Shown here: piece by piece, positions 26,739 to 38,100 of the stretch
Position numbering within the stretch: the stretch's first letter is position 1
Layout of the letters: every line of letters starts with the position of its first letter
DNA from: Octopus vulgaris
Lineage: Eukaryota
NCBI GenBank assembly: GCA_951406725.2
Contig: OX597821.1
Location: 45,136,001 to 45,200,000 of the forward strand
Reading direction: 5' to 3'
DNA: 64,000 nt
The notes under the pieces: model-generated
The model's input: the letters and a program-made list of their open reading frames with translations, nothing else
Told to the model about the DNA's origin: nothing
Database searches by the model: none
Translations under genes and position numbers: made by a program

Positions 26739-26826
26739 ATGCAGTATGATCGTTTCAAGCGACTCCATTTAATTGAACAATGCAATAATTGCATCAATTT
26801 AAATGCAGGGCTATCCTCAGCTGCAT
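26739..26826 (-). ncRNA. type I hammerhead ribozyme, copy 2
   Basis: ATGCAG-CTGAGGA-[long stem II]-GAAAC-GATC-ATA-CTGCAT; perfect 6 bp stem I; G>A change in stem III. Confidence 0.72.
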
Positions 26827-27933
26827 AAATAAATAGAAATTTTAATAAGTTGCACACATTAATATAATTTTACTGAAATTCTCTAATAGAGCAAGAAATA
26901 TTTTCGAAATTAGCGTTTAAAGGTGGTACACTTGAACCTAGATAAAGGAAATTAATTTTTAGTGTCATATCTGATGTGAACTTACCCCCTAGTATTATAT
27001 ATTATAATAATATATAATAATATATATATAATAATATATGTTTTCTTACTATTCTATATAATTTCTTATTATTTTGTTTTCTTATTTTGATACGTTTACC
27101 CAATTAATGTTCTTAAAAAGAGGTATAAACTTTCTAGTTACTTAAGTTTATGAGAGTCGATTATAACATACCCATAATAAAGTACAAATATTTGTGTATA
27201 TTTGCATGTGTGCACATAGTTATGTGTATGTATCTGTGGACAATTTATTTTTTTCGATTTTGTTCTGATTATTAGCTTATAATTAATATAAAGATAACAT
27301 GATTTATCGCCCCAGTATTCCATAAGTAAATACCCAGAGCAGTCTTTATAGAAACCACCTAATAAGTAAATAATTAAGAGCAGGATTGAATATGAAACTA
27401 ATTCTGTGTTATCTTCCCTTTCTACCATTGAAAATTGGTATATATACACATTTTATCTATCTGGTTAAAATATCATTTTTAGTAATCTTAAATTTTATTT
27501 TTATACAACATAAAAAAAATTGTTTATATACAATCATCCATAGTACCCCATGAGGATTTCCTCTGGTTTTATTAGCGTCTTGCTCCTTTAACTGGTAATT
27601 AATATCTTGATTTGGGGTCTTCCCCAATTCGCCTCCTTATACAAATCCTAAAATCCTGAAAATATTTATGACCATACCCATCAACTCACTCCCACTCTCC
27701 ATTCTAAATAGATACTATCCTCTAGCCTTAGATTTGGTAGTTGATAAAAAAGACTAATAAATCTAAAATGAACCATAATCCTTTACAAGCTACGACCCTA
27801 ACAAACTTCATACAGTTCTTAGAAGTGTAGTACATTCTTAGCTATATTAATAGCTTTCCCTCTTCTTAATCTATTAGAGAATTAGAGTAAAATTATATTA
27901 ATGTGTCCAACTGATTAAAAATTCTATTTATTT

Positions 27934-28021
27934 ATGCAGCTGAGGATAGCCCTGCATTTAAATTGATGTAATGATTGCATTGCTTAATTAAATGGAGCCA
28001 CTTGAAACGGTCGTATTGCAT
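27934..28021 (+). ncRNA. type I hammerhead ribozyme, copy 3
   Basis: ATGCAG-CTGAGGA-[long stem II]-GAAAC-GGTC-GTA-TTGCAT; core boxes intact; predicted cleavage after GUA at 28015. Confidence 0.75.
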
Positions 28022-28626
28022 CACCTCTTTATATCATGTTGCTTATTTTGATATATATATATATATTCAATCAAATTCTTGTGTTTATTTGCCACATTGT
28101 TCAAGTCAGGTAGGTATTTGATATACCGGTCGCACGACGGAAATTTAGAGAATCACACACGTAACACATACATAGAAAGATATATCTGGTCCAGAGAAAT
28201 TCATATATCTAATTTTTCTGGTTGATGAGTCTTCGGTATGCAATTTCACGACTACAGCACGTTTGTAGAAAGATATTTGACTCTTCGCATGAAAAATCAT
28301 CTTTGTACTCTAATATCCATATATACATTAAAATGTTTTTATTGTTTAGTTAAGTCTATATATTATATTATTTGTGCATACTAACTGAAGTTTTGCTTGC
28401 ATATACATTCTTAATGTATCTTGAGGAATAATTTAAATTCTACTAAATCTGAATAGAAAACAGACGGACAAAAAAAAACAACAAAAAACAAAAACAAATT
28501 TCATTGTTATGAATTAAACTTAAAATCACATTTGACACTAATCTGAAAATATCGACTACCATCTTAATCAGGCATAAAAATGTATGAATATAAATTCAGA
28601 TCAGCCGCTAAATATTTCAAACGTTT

Positions 28627-28975
<349 letters not shown>

Positions 28976-31324
28976 TCCAATTATGCCACTCTAATGGAGT
29001 ATTGACCACAAACAATATTAATATCAACTGCGGCATTTTCCAAGGTGATTCACTTTCACCTCTAATTTTTTGCTTAGCCCTAATACCCCTTACAAGTGAA
29101 CTTAACAGAACAGGGTATGGGTATAAAATTGGCGACAAAAAAAAGTCATCTATTTTATATGGATGACTTAAAACTCTGTGGCAAAAACGATAATGAGCTT
29201 GAAGGACTGTTACATACTGTGAATGCATTCAGTGATGACATCAGGATGGAATCTGGCCTTGGTAAATGTGCCAAGACCACTTTCCAGAAAGGGAAATTGA
29301 AGCCCTAGCATTCAGTGGTGTTAGATATTGACACAGTTATAAAAGAACTCGAGCAAGAGCAGACTTACAAATATCTCGGAATAAATGAGGGCTCTGGTAT
29401 TCAGCATGCAAACATGAAAGAGAAGTTCTGGAAAAAAATGTTATAGTAGGCGCAGGAGTGGCTGTGTGGTAAGTAGCTTGTTTACCAACCACATGGTTCC
29501 GGGTTCAGTCCCACTGCGTGGCACCTTGGGCAAGTGTCTTCTACTATAGCCTCGGACCGACCAAAGCCCTGTGAGTGGATTTGGTAGACGGAAACTGAAA
29601 GAAGCCCGTCGTATATATGTATATATATATATATATATGAGTGTGTGTGTGTCTGTGTTTGTCCCCCTAGCATTGCTTGACAACCGATGCTGGTGTGTTT
29701 ATGTCCCCGTTACTTAGCGGTTCGGCAAAACAGACCGATAGAATAAGTACTGGGTTTACAAAAGAATAAGTCCCGGGATCGAGTTGCTCGATTAAAGGCG
29801 GTGCTCCAGCATGGCCGCAGTCAAATGACTGAAACAAGTAAAAGAGAGGAGAGTTTGAGCAGTCCAAACATCCGCATTAAATGCACATAACAAGGTGTTA
29901 GCTATAAATTCCCGAGCAGTTACTGTTGTTATTTATAGTTTCAATGCGCTGAACTGGAATATGAGTGAAATAAGGAAGATTGACAGGAAAATCCATAAGC
30001 TACCGACTTGCAATAACATGCACCGCTCAAAGGCTGATGTAGATCGTCTTTACCTTCCCAGAGCTCAAGGGAGTCGGGGCTTGATACAATTTGAAATCTC
30101 TTACAAAACCAACAAAATTGGACTGACAAAATATCTTGAAACATCGAACGACTGGATGCTAAAACTCATTGAAAACCGCGAGAGACGTAAGAAGCTTCAG
30201 TCTGTTATGAAAAGAACAAAAGATTTGCTAGTGAGTTCATGCATAATACCCAAATTGAGCAGCATGATGGAAGTGCAGCAATTGTAGTTGAAAAGATGAT
30301 GAAATCAATAGCAAAGCAAAGTGCGTTTGAACAATTGGCTGAAAGGTGGAAACAAAAACCTCTGCATGGCAAATATATGGCCCGTAGCAAATAAGCTGAT
30401 GTAGACCAGAAGTACACCCATCAATGACTACAGAGCTCAGGGCTAAAGGCAGAGAGTGAAAGCATTACCTTGGCTGCTCAAAATTAGAGCTTATTCACCA
30501 GGAACTGTCAAGCCAACGTGATGAGAAATGTAGACCCGAAGAGCAAATACTGCAACGACGGGATTGAAACAGTGGACCACCTGATGTCTGGTTGTAAGAT
30601 TTTGACACATGTAGAATATAAGTCAAGACATAACAGAATTGATCAATATCTACACTGGATAATATGTCGGGATTGTAAAATCAAAACTACTGACAAATGG
30701 GACAAGGATCATTTTGAGGCTGTAACTTAGGGAAAAAATGTAACGATTCTTTGGGACTTTCCTGTATGTACAGACCAGACCATCAAAGCTAATAAACCAG
30801 ATATTGTTGTGAAAGACCGAAACAAAGAAGTCTGTTTATTGATCGACACGAGCATACCCTGTGGTCATATCTCGGCAAAAGAATTTGATAAGCTCAGAAA
30901 ATATAAAGACTTGCTAATCGAAATCGAAAAGATGCGGTATCCTAAGACAATTACAATACCGGTGATTGTAGGAGCACTTGGAATGGTCAAAAAAGGAATT
31001 GAAAATTATTTGAGAATGATCCCTGGTTTACTATCCATGCAAGAAATGCAAAAGATTGTCTTAATTGGTACACCACACATACTGAGAAGAGCGTTGTCAC
31101 TGTGAAATTTCATATTTTCTCCCTTTTATTTTTTGTTTACTTTTCTCATTTTTTTTCTTTTTTTTTCTCACTGTCTTTCTTCCCCTTTCTCACTATCACA
31201 TGATTTTGTAAATAAACAATCTGGTGTGTTTATTTTAATGGCCTACAATTGTATATATGTAGAGTAAGTTTCTCTGCTGTAGGTATCAGGAAGAGACTGA
31301 AAGAAATGTAAACAAATTTGAAAG

Positions 31325-31325
<1 letters not shown>
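28976..31325 (+). mobile_element. 5'-truncated R4/Dong LINE (family A), interrupted by a SINE
   Basis: CGIFQGDSLSPLIFCLAL, HLFYMDDLKL, HRSKADVDRLYLPRAQG, CNDGIETVDHLMSGC, KPDIVVKD..LIDTSIP..KEFDKLRKYKDL..HILRRALSL* (31105); (AAT)n on both sides. Confidence 0.93.
29449..29846 (+). mobile_element. full-length CORE-type tRNA SINE (octopus OR2-like) with internal (TA)n(TG)n
   Basis: Head GGCGCAGGAGTGGCTGTGTGGTAAG..GGTTCAGTCCC; CORE-like GTGGCACCTTGGGCAAGTGTCTT; tail GAAACAAGTAAAAGAG; splits the LINE coding sequence at CYRRVRAV. Confidence 0.9.
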
Positions 31326-31390
<65 letters not shown>

Positions 31391-31431
31391 TAATAATAAT
31401 AATAATGATAATAATAATAATAATAATAATG

Positions 31432-31492
<61 letters not shown>

Positions 31493-31495
31493 TAA
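31326..31495. repeat. (AAT)n microsatellite between two R4/Dong copies
   Basis: Read directly. Confidence 0.95.
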
Positions 31496-33522
31496 AAAAA
31501 ACTGCAGCCACAAAAGAAGCTGGATACTCACTCAAACTCATCCAAACAGGGGTACCACCACCCAAACAAACCCTGTGGATAAATAACATTCAAAACAAAA
31601 TACAAAAAATGAGAAAAGATCTGTCGATTCTTAATGAAATCAGTAGACAATCAACGCTACTGAGCAACAAAAAGAAAACAAAAATACTCCGCAAATACAA
31701 CATCACAGAAAAAGATTTACCTGAGATAAAAGAAAAGCTAAAGCAAGATATCCTTGCCAAAGTACAAAGGATCCGCCGGTACGAGAAACGCCAATGTTTC
31801 TTTGAACAAAACAAAAAGTTCAACTCTAACCCCAAAAAGTTCTATCAAGAACTTGGCAAAAATAAAATAGAAATCACTGCAGCACCAACGGCAGAAGAAG
31901 TGGAAGAATTCTGGAGAGAAATATAGTCGGCGAACGAACAACCAAAAAAGAAGGAGTATTAAAACAACAAACTCAGCATTTGAGCAACTTTGGACCCCCA
32001 TAACAACTGAAGAGGTCACCCAGGCACTGCAAAGACTAAGCAACTGGAAGGCACCTGGGCATGACAAGATCCCCAACTTCTGGTTGAAATATCTAACAGG
32101 AGTGCACAAAAAGCTGGTTGAAAGCTTTAACAACATACTAGCAGAGTCAGAGACAATGCCTGAATGGCTCACGAAGGGGAAAACCATCTTAATTTCCAAA
32201 TCAAATGAGACAGAAAAACCAGAAAACTACAGACCTATAACCTGTCTCCCTACAATGTACAAGGCATTTATTGCAGTAATATCGCAAAGATTGAACAAGC
32301 ACCTGGACGAAAACAACCTGTTTCCAGAAGAGCAGAAAGGATGCCTCAAAGGCTCATATGGCTGTAAAGATCAGCTAATGATCAATAAAGCCATAACTGA
32401 AGACAGCCACAGAAAGAAGAAAGGCCTCAGTATGGCCTGGATCGACTACAAAAAAGCGTTTGATAGCATCCCCCACACATGGATCCTCGAAACACTAGCC
32501 ATTAACAAAGTAGCACCAACAATTATAAAATACATAGGACACTTTATGAATAAATGGCAAACAGTGCTACAGCTCCAAATAAAAGAGGGACTCATGAAAA
32601 CCAAAGCCATTAGAAGAGGAATATTCCAGGGAGACACGCTCTCTCCACTCCTTTTTTGCTTGGCACTGTCACCTCTATCTGATATGCTAAATAGAACTGG
32701 ATGCAGATATAAATGTTACGGCAAAACGATCAGCCACCTTTTATATATGGATGACCTAAAACTATACGCTGCAAATGACAAACAGCTGGAAACACTATTA
32801 AAGACAGTTCATGGATTTACCAAAGAAATAGATATGAAATTTGGATTAGAAAAATGCGCCAAAGTAACCCTGAAAAGAGGAAAACTAGTTAAGAGTAGCA
32901 ACATCACACTAGATAAAACCAATGAAATAAAAGAATTAGACCAAAGCCAAACTTACAAATACTTAGGAATCGATGAACTAGATAAGACACAACACACACA
33001 AATGAAAGAGAAAATAAAAAAGAATATTATAGACGAGTTAGATCAATACTAATAACAGAGCTCAATGCTAAAAACAAGATAATAGGTATTAACACTTTAG
33101 CTGTCCCAGTTATAAGTTACAGCTACAATATCCTTAACTGGACACTAAATGAACTGACCAAAATAGATAGGAAAACAAGAAAAATAATGACAGGATCAAG
33201 GATGCATCACCCAAAATCTGACATAGAAAGCCTTTATATACAACGTATAGAAGGTGGTAGAGGCCTTATACAGCTGGAAAAATACTATAAAATAACCATC
33301 ATAGGACTGCAAAAATATCTACTTCAGAAGGAAGGAAAACTGATACAAATAGCGGCAAAACACGAGCAAAACAAAAAACTATTCTCAGTATTTAAGGAAG
33401 CTGACAAATACAAACAAGAAATCATACCACCTAACAAATATGATGAAGAAGAAGAAGAAGAAGAAGAAGAAGAAGAAGAAGAAGAAGAAGAAGAAGAAGA
33501 AGAAGAAGAAGAAGAAGAAGAA

Positions 33523-33554
<32 letters not shown>

Positions 33555-34465
33555 AGAAACAACAAAAGCTATAAAACAAATGAAATCCAAACTAAAACTA
33601 GAACAGCAAAGAACCATGATAAAACGATAGCAAGAAAAGCCCCTTCATGGACTAAACTAAATGCAAAAGAAATAGACAAAGAAAAATCCCAGCAATGGTT
33701 GAGAAGCTCAGGACTCAAAGCAGAGACAGAGGGATTTTTAATTGCAGCACAAGACCAAAGCCTCCCCACCAGAAATTACCAAAAACATGTAATGAAAAGA
33801 AATATAACAAGTAACTGCAGAATATGTGGAGATGGACAAGAAACATATTATCTCTGGCTGCCCAGTCCTGGCTAAGAAGGAATATATTCACAGACATGAC
33901 AGAGTTGGGACCTACATACACTGGAAGCTATGCCAGCATTATGGAATAACAACAGAAAAAAGATGGTATAGGCACACATCAGAAAAGGTCACAGAAAACG
34001 AGAAAGCAACCATACTCTGGGATATGCCAATTCACACAGATAGAGAAATTAAGGTCAACAGACCAGATATAGTTGTCAGAGATAATGAAGAAAAAAAAAT
34101 GCTTTCTAATTGATGTATCAATACCAGCAGATGACAACGTGTCTCTAAAAGAAATGGAGAAACTTTCAAAATACAAAGACCTGAAAATAGAGGTAACCAG
34201 AATGTGGAATCTAAAAACAGAAACAATTCCTATCATAGTAGGTGCATTAGGCATGATAAAAAAATATTCAGACAAATACATAACAAAAACACCAGGACTT
34301 ACAAACACATATAGCATACAGAAAATTGCACTAGTAGCCACTGCACACATCCTACGCAGAACACTTTCCATACAGTAACCATCAGAGCATCACAACAAAT
34401 CACAGCACATACCCAAGGCACACAGAGCTGCGCTCGGTAGTGAAGGGAAAGCACGCTAAAAAAAA
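31496..34465 (+). mobile_element. 5'-truncated R4/Dong LINE (family B), ~3 kb
   Basis: AKVQRIRRYEKRQ..NKKFNSNPKKFYQEL, NWKAPGHDKIPNFWLK, full RT, CRICG..HIISGCPVLA, RPDIVV..IDVSIP..EKLSKYKDL..HILRRTLSIQ* (34378), short UTR and A-rich tail; several stops and frameshifts. Confidence 0.95.
32084..33052 (+). pseudogene. R4/Dong reverse transcriptase domain (open segment of a broken ORF)
   Basis: NYRPITCLPTMYK, EQKGC..GCKDQLMI, WIDYKKAFDSIPH, RGIFQGDTLSPLLF, HLLYMDDLKLY, FGLEKC, YKYLGI. Confidence 0.93.
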
Positions 34466-34471
34466 AAATAA

Positions 34472-34778
34472 TGATATGTTATCGCAGGGTGAGAGCAATA
34501 CTGAAGACAGAGCTGAATGCAAGAAACAGGATCGAAGCAATCAATGCTATTGCCATACCATTCGTGACTTGCAGTTTCAATATCATTAATTGGTCAATTA
34601 CTGAAATATGTAATTTTGACAGAAAAATACGAAAACTGTTGACAATGCATAGAATGCACCACCCCAAGGCAGATATAGAACGACTTTACCTGCCAAGAAA
34701 AGGGGGAGGCTGTGGACTTTTACAACTGGCATTAACAATGAAGATTTCCAGAACTGGCCTAGGCACCTACCTGATAAA
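34472..34778 (+). mobile_element. R4/Dong internal fragment (family C)
   Basis: CYRRVRAILKTELNARNRIEAINAIAIP..MHHPKADIERLYLPRKGGG. Confidence 0.85.
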
Positions 34779-35055
34779 GCAGGGACCATTCTCAAATAAT
34801 TTTCAATTCCTTTTTTGATAATTCCAAGTGCTCCTACAATCATCGGTATCGTAACCGTCTTGAGATGCCACATTTTTTTCGATTTCAGTTAGCAAATCTT
34901 TTTTTTTCCTGAGTTTATCAAATTTTTTTGCCGCGATATGATCACAGGGTATACTCATGTCAACCTATAAACAGATTTTATTGTTTTGGTCTTTCACAAC
35001 AATATCTGGTTTATTAGCTTTGATGTATGTAGGTCTGTATGTACTGGAAAGTCCT
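34779..35055 (-). mobile_element. R4/Dong endonuclease fragment (family A)
   Basis: IKANKPDIVVKDQNNKICL..MWHLKTVTIPMIVGALGIIKKG; its 5' end abuts (TAA)n at 35060. Confidence 0.85.
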
Positions 35056-35085
35056 AATGAATTATTATTATTATTGTTGTTGTTG

Positions 35086-35165
<80 letters not shown>

Positions 35166-38100
35166 TATGGGTTTTTCTTCTTTCAAATTTGCTTCCATTT
35201 CTTGCCGAGTGTCTTCCCGACTCCTAGGGCAAAGAAACTCATAGTATACATTGGTAGGCCATTAAATTAAAATACATGGGTAGTAATAGTTCTCACATCG
35301 ACAATGCTCTTCTCAATAGTGTGATGTACCAGTTAAGACAATCTTTTGCACTTCTTGCAGGGATGGTAAGCCAGGTATCATTCTCATATAATTTTCGGTT
35401 CCCTTCTTGATCATTCCTAGTGCTCCTACGATCACTGGTATTGTAACCGCCTTGAGATGCCTAATTTTCTCAATTTCAATGAACAGGTCTTTATATTTTC
35501 TGAGCTTGTCAAATTCTTTCGCCGAGATATTATGATCACAGGGGATGCTCATGTCGATCAATAAGCAAGTTTTGGTCTTTCACAACAATATCCGGTTTAT
35601 TGGCTTTGATGGTTCGGTCTGTATGTACTGGAAAGTCCCACAGAATCGTTACATTTTCTCCTTCAGTTACAGCTTCAGAATGGTGATTATACCACTTGTC
35701 GGCAGTTTTGATATTGTAATGCCGACTTATTAGCCAGCGTAGATATTGGCCAACTCTGTCATGTCTTAATTTATACTCCACTGGTGCTAAGACTTTACAT
35801 CCAGAGATTATGTGGTCTACTGTTTCAATCATGTCGTTGCAGAATCGGCATTTTGGGTCTGCTCCATTTTTCATCACATTGGCCTGGTAGTTCCGGGTTA
35901 ATAGGCTTTGATCTTGAGCAGTCAAGATGAAACCTTCGCTCTCTGCTTTAAGCACTGAGTTCCGTAGCCACTGATGGTTTTGCTTCTGGTCAACATCAGC
36001 TTGTTTGCTACGGGCCACATATTTGCCGTGCAGATGTTTCTCCTCCCACCTATCAGCCAATTGCTCGTGCGCTTTTTTCGTTGCCATTATTTTCACCTTC
36101 TTTGCAACTATAGTCACCGTACTTCCCTCGGGTTGTTCAGTTTGGGTATCCTGCACGAGATCAATAGCAAACCTTTTGCTTTCCTTTATGATAGAATGAA
36201 GCTTCTTTCGTCTCTCGTGATTTTCCACGAGCTTTAGCATCCAGTCATTCGTCATTTCAAGATATTTGGCCAGTACAATTGTGGTTGTTTTGTAAGCTAG
36301 TTCAAATTGGATCAGGCCTTGACCTCCTTGGGCTCTGGGGAGGTAAAGGCGATCTACGTCTGCCTTTGGGTGGTGCATCCTATTACAACTCAGCAGCTTG
36401 CGTATTTTCCTATCTATATTCTTTATTTCACTCATATTCCAGTTCAACACATTGTAGCTATAAGTAACAACTGGAACTGCTAAGGAATTTATAGCTAACA
36501 CCTTGTTACGTGTATTTAGTTTAGATTTCAGGACTGCTCGAACTATCCAATAACATTCCTTCCTGATCTTCTCTTTCATGCTTGCATGCTGAATACCAGA
36601 GCCTTCATTTATCCCTAAATATTTGTAGGTTTGTTCTTGATCAAGCTCTCTTATGACTGTGTCAACATCTAACACGACTGAATTTGTGGTCTTCACTTTC
36701 CCTTTCTGGAAAGTGGCCTTGGTACACTTCTCAAGCCCAAACTCCACCCCGATGTCATCACTGAATGCTTTCACAGTGCGCAATAGGCCTTCAAGTTCAT
36801 TATCGTCTTTACCATAGAGTTTTAAGTCATCCATATAAAATAGATGGCTTATTTTTTTATTGACAATTTTATACCCATACCCTGTTCTGATTAATTCACT
36901 TGTAAGGGGTATTAGGGCCATGCAGAATATTAGAAGTGAAAGTGAGTCACCTTGAAAAATTCCACAGTTGATGTTTATATTCTCTGAGGCAAGTACTCCA
37001 TTAGAGTGGTATAATTGGAGATTCATATTCCACAACGACATATGCTTCAGGAAGCTTGAAATCACAGGGGAAATTTTGAAGATGTCCAGCGATTTCAAGA
37101 TCCATGAATGCGGTATACTGTTGAAGGCCTTTTTATAGTCAATCTATGCGGAGCTGAGATTTCTGCGCTTGTTGTGACAGTTCTCAAGGATCATACGATT
37201 AATTAGCAGTTGATCTTTGCATCCGTATGAGCCTCGGCGGCACCCTTTTTGTTCAATGGGGAAAATATCGTTCTTCTCCATGAATGCATATGTTTTCTCC
37301 GCCAGGATAGATGTTAGGATTTAATACGTGGTGGATAAACAGGTTATAGGTCGATAGTTCTTTGGAAGTTTGGTTTCGTTATTCTTTGGGAGTAGGTAAG
37401 TAATACCACTTGCTAACCATTCAGGTGTTTTCTTTGGGTCTCTCATAATTCCATTGAGCAGCTGAACTAGCTTACCGTGTGCGCATGGGAGCGATGAGAG
37501 CCAGAAATTCGGCACCCTATCTTTACCGGGGGATTTCCAATTATAGGCCTTCGTGAGTGCCTTTCTTAGGTCTGCTATTGTGATGTCTTCTCATGCTTGT
37601 TGTTGTAAATTTTGGTAGGATCCTTCAGTTTGTATAATCCAGTCTGCATTTATGTTGTACGTCTTCTCGTCACTCCAAATCCTTTTCCAAAAGTTTTGAA
37701 CTTCTTCCATGGGAGGGGGGTCTTTAACGGTTACTTTCTCCTTCCCTATTTCTCTGTAGAATTTCTTGGCATTGGATGTGAACAGCTTATTTTGGTTGTA
37801 AAACTTGTTTCTCTTCTTAAATCTTCGTATTCTTTGAGCTTTTGCTTGGACTTTTTGTTCCAGCGTTTCTTTTATTAATATCAGTTCTTCTCTTGGTGAG
37901 GATCCAAATTTTCTCTTCATCTTTCTTCCTGTTCTGGATCTTACATCATTTCCACATATTAGTTAATTTAATATTGATATTTTCCCTCTCATAAATTCAA
38001 TCTCTTTTTCAATTTTACTTCTCCAGGTTTGATTTCTTCCCAGGTTTGGTTTTCTTTGTTTTTTCGGGGGCATACAGCTGGTTTCAATTGCCCTAGCAGA

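Larger units (their letters stand above)
26700..28052. mobile_element. Penelope-like element remnant with inverted pseudo-LTR copies
   Basis: ~190 bp inverted repeat (26705-26895 versus 27862-28051), each arm carrying a hammerhead; faint RT-like motifs on the minus strand between them (GTMD, FY..G..M, YYGYVIID). Confidence 0.7.
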
